Below, in pieces: positions 56,172-64,000 of a stretch of 64,000 nucleotides of DNA. This DNA comes from Eledone cirrhosa. Its lineage: Eukaryota. Numbering within the stretch: position 1 is the first letter of the stretch; the number at the start of each line of letters is the position of its first letter. The notes under the pieces are model-generated. The model was not told where the DNA came from, searched no databases, and was given only the letters and a program-made list of their open reading frames with translations. The position numbers and the translations under genes were made by a program. The stretch lies in contig OZ024761.1 of NCBI GenBank assembly GCA_964016885.1, positions 17,546,001-17,610,000 on the forward strand, given 5' to 3'.

Positions 56172-56216
56172 AGCCGACAAGGCCTTGTTTCGCTTTTATT
56201 GATGCTTATCAAGGCT
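56172..56216 (-). ncRNA. Hammerhead ribozyme with U3-A8 core variant
   Basis: Minus strand: AGCC TTGATAA GC atcaataaaa GC GAAA CAAGGCCTTG TC^ GGCT. Confidence 0.72.
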
Positions 56217-56787
56217 AACTACTCCCTCCTGTCTACCGAGATCACTGATGTTATATTCTTATAGAATTCTAGTAAATAATCAGGAACTGATTATACAGAG
56301 CGGTTGTTGGTCAGGCAGAAATTAAAAATTAGAATTGGAGCTCTGAAATAGCAATATATATATGGATGTATATATATGTATTTTGCAATACACTTTATGC
56401 TTAATTAATTCAGAGCTTTTTGAAGTTAGGCTTAGTGGTTAGAACATTGGCCTTGCAATCGAAAGGTTGTGAGTTCAATTCTCAGACCGGGTGATGTGTT
56501 GTTTCCTTGAGCAAGACACTTTATTTCACATTGCTCCAGTTTACTCAGCTGTAGAATGAGATGATAGGGACTGGGGTCCCTATCATTCCACTGCAAAGTG
56601 GTCGTGGAGGTGCCACGGCAAAAAAGCACCCAGCACTCACTGTAAATGAGGTTGGTGTTAGGAAGGGCATCCAGCTGTAGAAATCAAGCCAGAATCAGTT
56701 CCCGTCCCACCCTTGCAAGCAGGGAAAAAGCGGACGTAAAATGAAATGATGATGATGATGATGATGTGTATATATATATATATATAT

Positions 56788-57147
56788 TAGAAAGTGAGGG
56801 TTTTTTTACAAAATGAAAAATAACCGAGGTGTCCTACACGAGTGAAAGTATAAAGAAAGAAAGATGAAATCGAAAATGCAACTGGAGTCTTATTTAAAAA
56901 ATATATATATATATTTATTTGGTTCCTTTACCAGTTTCGCAGTTCTTCTGCTTTTTAGAAGTAGAGTTGGAGGGTCTGTGGTTTTTCTCACATCTGAGAT
57001 GTCAGAAAAACCACAGACCCTCCATCTCAACTCTACTTCTGAAAAGCAGAAGAACTGCGAAACTGGTAAAGGAACCAAATAAATATATATATATTTTTTA
57101 AAATAAGACTCCAGTTGTATTTTCTATTTCATCTTTTTTTCTTTATA
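56788..57147. mobile_element. Fold-back insert I (~140-bp arms) with degenerate hammerhead
   Basis: 56859-~56995 is an inverted repeat of ~56997-57147; tail 56788-56858; (TA)n flanks. Confidence 0.68.
57036..57071 (+). ncRNA. Degenerate hammerhead within a fold-back insert
   Basis: CTT CTGAAAA GCAG aagaa CTGC GAAAC TG GTA^ AAG (G8 appears mutated to A). Confidence 0.55.
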
Positions 57148-58491
57148 TATATATAGAGAGATAGTTATAGACATGATAAAGTCCAACCTTACACCTCTCT
57201 AAGACAATGTCACTGGATCGAGATCTTTGGCGGAACGCAGTACAACAGAAGACCCACCTTCCCTACGTGCAAAGTTAACCTACAACCAGTAGGTCCCTCC
57301 AAACCAAACACACCCCAACCCACTACTGCCAACACCACCCTTTCTCTATAAAGTTATGTTGGTACCACAACATCCAGTCCAAAACTAATGAGATCGTGTA
57401 GGTGTTACACCAAAAAATACCCAGTCCACGCTGTAATGTGGCCATGTAGGTAACACGGTAAATAGTTCCCAGTCCACACTGTAAATGTGGTTGGTGTTAG
57501 GAAGGGCATCCAACCGTAGAAAACCTGCCAGATAGTCCTATACGAGCAAGACATGGTCACCCAATCAATCTTGCCTCAAGTGGGATAACTCCTGTCTAAC
57601 CCATGCTAGTGTGGAAGATAGACGTTAAATGATGATGATGATGATAGATATATTTATATACACATATATATATATATGAGAAAACAATGTCGTCTCTGAT
57701 TGAGATGAAGCAAGAGTGTATTTGAATACATCTAAAAATAAGAAAACCCATTGCTAGAACAGCTGTTAAAACAGCTATTTTAAATCGTGCGAAACCATTT
57801 TGCTGGTTTGAGGGCTGATGAGGTTGGAGATATGAGTGTGTAAACTTGTCTTGGACATCACCTTTCTTTATTTCCTTCTTCCAGTCACTTCTATGTATCA
57901 TCACACTTTTCCTTGTCCTCCTCCTCTTTCAATCTTTTCTATATTTTATCTGTCTGTCACCCACCTTGTGGATTGTCCCTCTGTTGACCACTAGCCGCTG
58001 GTCCCTGTCCTCTGAGACATTTTTGTCCATCACTGTCTTTGATAGCATATAGCTGGTTTAACAGCTGTGCTAGTGATTAGTTTCCTCATTTTTATATGTA
58101 TATATATCATCATCATCATCATCACCGTTTTACATCCATTCTTTCACACTAGCATGAGTTAGATGGGTTGTTCTGTTGTGGGCAATGCAAGGTTGGGCGA
58201 CCATGTCTTGCTCATATGGAACTGATTTTGGCTTGGTTTCTACAGTTGGATGCCCTTCCTCACACTAACCTCATTTACAGCGAGTACTGGATGCTTTTTT
58301 ACTGTGTTGCTTTCATATATATATATATATATGTGTGTGTATATAGTAATAATAATTACAAAGACCACAATCTAAAGGTTAAACTTCTGTGTCTACAGAT
58401 GGATTTTTCTTAGTTTCAAAAGATCCCATAATAGGGTGAATGCAGAAATTCTTTGCTTAAACTTAAATCTGTATTAATAACAACACACACA

Positions 58492-58527
<36 letters not shown>

Positions 58528-61070
58528 CTTCTGAAGGTTCCCCTACATGCTGCAGATTTCTCGGACCTCCAAAATTTGAAGTTTTTGGAGGGGTTGGGAG
58601 GAAAAACACCTGGGTTGGAAAATTCTCAGAATATTCCCACCCAATGTACAGCTGCTGCAGTCCACACATCCCACTAGTCAAGTTATCAGCCATTTGGTGT
58701 GACGTCATATGTCACCTACTATGTCATCACGCCATCACCTCTCTCTGGATAGGTCTCACCCAGCCTAGTTAATTTAGCACCTGTTATATTATCAACAGGT
58801 GTTTTATCAACACTTTCTCATACAATACCTCCCACATGGTTTTCTGCTCTACGCTCTGATGAACATTTCTAAAAGACCTGTAAGTAACCCTATATTCATT
58901 TATTCTTTTACTAGTTTCAGTCACATTGATCCCTAATTCTTGTTTTGGTTATTGGTTATTGTTGGGTCCATGAGCAAGACACTATATTTCACATTGCTCC
59001 AGTCCACTCAGCTGGCAAAAATGAATTGTTCCTGCAATTCATCAGGTCAGCTTTAGTACACTCCGTGACATGCTGAATCTCCTGAGAACTACATTAAGGA
59101 TACACATGTCTGTAGAATGCTCAGCTACTTGCACATTAATTAGTTTCTGTCTATGAAATGTCACTCAGAAGTCATTGGTCAACCTGAGACTATCGCAAAA
59201 AAAACATGCCCTAGTAATATGTAATGGAATCGAAACCAAAACCACGTTGTTGCCAAGTGAATTCCTTTAACCCATTCTTTACTCTGTTTATAATGAAAGA
59301 TATTGCCTGTGGTTTTCAAATAATTTTGAAAATAACCAAGAATTTTAAGGAATTTAATTATATAACTAACTTTTTCATTATTAAGCTGGTATTTGGAACA
59401 TAACAAAAAGTCCTTACATAAAATTATGATGAAAGGTTTTTAGATAAATATAAACATGTTATCCTTATTGTGACCATTATTTCTAATGAAAGACACTTTA
59501 TTCCATTTAACTAATAAAGAATTTTGTGGGATTTACTAAAATTATTATGTATTTCATTACTAACATATGGTTCATATATAGAATTATGTTGGAAGATATA
59601 AATTTAGATAAGAACCCTTTAAAATAGGTGATTTTGTTTCAAAGAATCAGATTCAGTTTTAGCCAGGTTGGTATCAAAAGATAGCAACTTCTCTTCCCCC
59701 TTTCTTTCTTCCATTGCCTAATAGTTCTTGCTCTTCCCCTCCTTTTTTATTCTCATTTATGACATTTATAGTCCTTTCCTTTACTTTCCTATACAACCAG
59801 ATCTGTTCTTCTTTACCTCTTCCACTTTGTGTCTCAATTTCTTAATTTTTTTTTTTATCCTTTTTTAATATTCTCATCATTGTATAACTTTTGTTCAATA
59901 AATCTAATAAGATAGTAACTTAACATTTGGTTCATATATAAAATTATTTTGGAAGATTTTAATTTAAAATGGGTGATTTTGAAACACAGAACCAGGACTA
60001 ATTTTGGCTAGGCTGTCAGCAAAAGATTAACCAAACACAAATTCTAATATACTAGACAGCAATAAATACTAGTTGCTATAATCCTTTTTAAGTAATAGCT
60101 AATACATTAAAGTACTAATCACATATTTAGTTTGGGACATTGATTTATTTGATAAAATGATTGATTAGAATTGGATTTAGGTTGTTGTTAGCCCATCCTC
60201 AGTCATTTGATCAAATATGTTCCAGCTGTGACCACCTTGTATCTTATTTAGACTACTTAATCTAATATGTTCTTCCTTGTTGTTGTTTAGCTGAAGATTA
60301 GTCCTGAAGGAGAAAATCTTTGATCAAAGATGTTCCAGCTGTGGCCATCTTGTTTTTTATTATTATTATTAACACAGAGTAAGGCAGTATCAGTAGAGCA
60401 TCTGACAATATGCTTTACAGCCCTTTATGTTCTGAGTTCAAATCCTGCCGAGGTTAACTTTGCCTTTCATCCTTACAGGGTTGATAAAATAAAGTACCAG
60501 TAATGGGCTGGGGTTGATTTAGTCAACTTTACCCTTCCCCAAAATTGTTGGCCTTGTGCCTAAATCAGAAACCATTATTTAATTTTGGCACAAGGCCAGC
60601 AATTACCCAGTACAAGTATCAGTAATGTACTGGGTAATTGCTGACCTTGTGCCAAAATTAGAAACAATTATTAAAACATAGTGTATCTAAGACTACATTT
60701 TTTAATGTGTCCTTCCTTGCTGTTTAACTGAAGATCAGTCTTGACCCAACATACCTATGATTAGAGGTGTTCCAGCTGTCACAGCCCTGTCTTTTATTCA
60801 GACATAGTGTATCTAGGATTACATTATCTAATGTTCCCTTCTTTACTTTTTAACCCTAAGTCAACTCTCATCCAGCAGACCTATTATTTAAGATATTCCA
60901 GCTGTGATCTTTCTGTCCCTTATTCAGACATGGTGTCCCTTTAAGCCTACATCATCATCATCAACACTGTTTTACGTCCATTTTTCCATGCTAGCACGGG
61001 TTAGATGATATGTAATATGTCTTTCCTTGGGTTAGACATTATGAAATATATCTTTCTTTGCTTTAAACAG

Positions 61071-61254
61071 GCTATGTTTCTGGAAGGTTCTATACAAACG
61101 ATGGTAAACCCACAGCAGTCCTTCATAGAATCAATGCAAAGATTGCAAAATTTGCCAAAGACCAGGAAATGGAAAAATTAAAAGCCAAAACACCTTCTTG
61201 CAACATGGAATCAAACCATCAAATTGGCACTAGAGTATGGTGCACTCAAAAAAG
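61071..61254 (+). CDS. CYB5D2: Neuferricin coding exon 3 (184 nt); not in ORF track; last exon lies beyond the window
   Basis: Pyrimidine tract + aaacAG|GC; hand translation (G)YVSGRFYTNDGKPTAVLHRINAKIAKFAKDQEMEKLKAKTPSCNMESNHQIGTRVWCTQK matches the neuferricin GRFY..DG.PT...PCN.E......R.WC pattern; phase-compatible with exon 2; donor AG|GTATGT. Confidence 0.9.
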
Positions 61255-61555
61255 GTATGTAGTTATAAAACTTTAACTCTTTCGTTCAACTACCTGCATA
61301 GGGGGAGTAATGTCTTAAAAACATCCCATTTACATGCTTTGTATGTGCGTGTATATATATATATCTATCTCTCTCTCTATATATATATATATATAATAGA
61401 GAGAGAAACAGACAGAGAGAAAATCTACCGCAAGCTTGGTGGTCCTAATTTACCAATTCTGCATCTTACCATGTAGCAAGTACTTCTTTGATCCATGGTC
61501 TTCCCTGTCCTAGTATCGCAGACTATCAAGGTATATATGTATATGTATATAATAT

Positions 61556-61603
<48 letters not shown>

Positions 61604-61814
61604 GCACAAGAAGGTTGACTGAAAAGTTCATAGGCTGACTATGAAGAAATGATGCTAGAGCTGTGAAATATGCATTAATTTCAACTCTTATTAATAGCTG
61701 CATTATTTCTTTCTAGGGACTATGTTGAAAAATAAATCTCATTTGGTCATTCCATGAGAGTATCTTGATCAGTCTATGAACTTTTTTGCTAACCTTAGTA
61801 TATAAAAAGATGAT

Positions 61815-61992
61815 CAATCGGTAGAGGGTCGGACGCCATGCTTTCCAGCATAGTTACGTCCCTTTACGATCTGAGTTCAAATCCCGCCTAGGTTGACTTT
61901 GCCTTTCATCCTTACGGGGTCGATAAAATAAAGTACCAGTAATGCACTGGGTAATTGCTGGCCTTGTGCCTAAAGTAGAAACAATTATTATT
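61815..61992 (+). mobile_element. Abundant tRNA-derived SINE (family with gcctttcatccttacggggtcgataaaataaagtacc body, (ATT)n tail); >20 copies/fragments, e.g. 12895-13075-, 24465-24650-, 32030-32218-, 35160-35712- cluster, 37530-37875+, 62990-64000+
   Basis: A box ggcagtatcggtagag, B box gagttcaaatccc, conserved body and end gtagaaacaattatt. Confidence 0.85.
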
Positions 61993-62009
61993 ATAGAGAG
62001 TTAATGGAG

Positions 62010-62865
62010 GGTAAGAGCGACGACATCCTTGGGGAGAATCTGGGTGTGGATGAAAATCAACTAGCCACTCTTTTCCAGAGGTCTTTCGGTCCAGAAATCC
62101 CTGGCCTGGCAGTGTTACCGAGGAGCTTTGCCAGTTTTAGATAAACTCTAGAGGCATGGAAGTGCTGTCAATCGGGCCTGTCCGAGATGCACACAGGACA
62201 ATGAAACCATCCTGCATGCACTCAACGAATGTCTGAGTATTGCTGACCTATGGGTTTATGTCGAGCACCTGCTGTTACGTGTAGGACGGATCTGATAACC
62301 AACTGAGTCCATTGTGAAGATTGCCCCACCGTCTTCCTTTAGAGGAGAAGGACAGGCAGTTTTTATCTGCCTGGTGGCCATGGCGAAAGAGATGGTGTGG
62401 TAAATGCATTTGAAAGGGTTGAAGGCAGCCACTTTCCTCTTTGGAGAAGCCCTGATTAACTTTTTCAGGTTTCACTTGAAGAGGAAAATCAGGGTGGAGA
62501 GGGAAGTGGTACCTTCCAACCAGTTTGTTGAAAGGTGGGTGAGAGTGGTGAGTATCGTCTGTGTGAATGGGCCTGCCTTAAGCGTACACCTGTAGATTGG
62601 AGTGAACAACTCATATAAGGCATTTTGCCGTAACAGACAGGGTGACCGTGGCTTTTGTGTGATTTCTCCACAAGTGACCCTTGGAGTCTCCTCACCTTCG
62701 GGGAATTTATGTTTTGTTTTTTTAAATTTTTACTTTCTTAGTCTCTGTTATATATTTTATTTTACACAAAGACACCCACACTGTATTGTCCTGTACCATC
62801 TTTTAATGTTTCCTTAATGTGAGCCCTGTGTGGCTAATAAAGAAATTATTATTATTATCATCATT
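62010..62865 (+). mobile_element. L1/Tx1-clade LINE 3' fragment
   Basis: Hand translation LAWQCY..LPV.DKL...CPRC...ETILHALNEC (ORF2 zinc knuckle); ends AATAAA + (ATT)n. Confidence 0.7.
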
Positions 62866-63081
62866 ATTCGTAACACTTTTGTTCTGGAAGATGTTATACC
62901 AACACTATATCAAAAGAGTAAGCCATCGCCAATGACCAAAGGTCCTTTCGGTCATTCCTTCTCCTTCGACTTTCCAACGCCCTTCTTAGAGTTTGGATTG
63001 GCAGTATTGGTAGAGGGTCGGACGCCATGCTTTGACGCATAGTTACGGCCCTTGCCATTCTGAATTCAAATCCCGCCGAGG

Positions 63082-63495
63082 TTAACTTTGCCTTTCATCC
63101 TTACGGGGTTGATAAAATAAAGTACCAGTAATACACTGGGTTATTGCTGGCCTTGTGCCTAATGTAGAAACAATTATTATTATTATTAACTTTGACTTTC
63201 ATCCTTATGGGGTCGATAAAATAAAGTACCAGTAATACACTGGTTAATTGCTGGCCTTGTGCCTAACGTAGAAACAATTATTATTATTATTAACTTTGAC
63301 TTTCATCCTTATGGGGTCGATAAAATAAAGTACCAGTAATACACTGGGTAATTGCTGGCCTTGTGCCTAACGTAGAAACAATTATTATTATTATTAACTT
63401 TGACTTTCATCCTTATGGGGTCGATAAAATAAAGTACCAGTAATACACTGGGTTATTGCTGGCCTTGTGCCTAACGTAGAAACAATTATTATTAG
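63082..63495 (+). repeat. Tandem array (~103-bp unit) of the SINE 3' half
   Basis: Four consecutive ttaactttg.ctttcatcc...gtagaaacaattatt units. Confidence 0.85.
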
Positions 63496-64000
63496 GGTGG
63501 GAAATTAGAGGAATAGGTAGAGTGGCAGACAAAATGCTTTGTGGTCCTTTAGGTTCTGAGTTCAAATCCAGCCAAGGTCAGTTTGTCTTTTATCCTCATG
63601 GGGGTCAATAAAATAAAGTACTGGGGTGAAGATAATTGGCTTTCCCTTTCTTCCAAATTGCTGGTCTTGTGCCAAAATTAGAAACAATTTTTATTATTAT
63701 TATTATTATTGGATTATTATTATTGGATTCCAGCATAGTTACGTCCCTTTACGATCTGACTTCAAATCCCGCCGAGGTTGACTTTGCCTTTCATCTTTAC
63801 GGGGTCGATAAAATAAAGTACCAGTAATGCACTGGGTAATTGCTGGCCTTGTGCCTAAAGTAGAAACAATTATTATTATTATTATTATTATTATAGGGTG
63901 GTGGATTGGCAGTAGTGGTAGAGCGTCGGACACCATGCTTCGCGGCACGGAGTTACGGCCCTTTACATTCTGAGTTCAAATCCCGCAGAGGTTAGCTTTG

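Overview
This is AT-rich, microsatellite-dense animal genomic DNA. The SINE/RTE content suggests an octopod cephalopod (inference). Nearly all long ORFs in the supplied track are artefacts of (TA)n/(CA)n repeats. One host gene is present: three spliced exons of neuferricin (CYB5D2) on + (34627-34987, 37029-37169, 61071-61254; the last is absent from the ORF track). The rest is retroelement-derived: two RTE-type LINEs, tRNA-derived SINEs, two hAT MITEs with 8-bp TSDs, a Helitron helicase relic, Tx1/CR1/CRE fragments, minisatellites, and two Penelope-like elements (RT + GIY-YIG, Naiad-like). One of these has ~2-kb inverted arms. The most striking signal is hidden between the (TA)n tracts. At least 15 short (100-400 bp) inserts from many unrelated sequence families share one architecture: a minimal type I hammerhead ribozyme (or half of one), a head-to-head fold-back with one arm ending at a family-fixed point, and a longer tail carrying a covarying stem-loop with a 1-2 nt T-initiated 3' bulge (RCTC-stem-loop-stem-TN-GAGY). 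It includes a U3-A8 core-variant hammerhead inside a 318-bp partial tandem (retrozyme-like). All structures were read by eye and need computational and biochemical confirmation.
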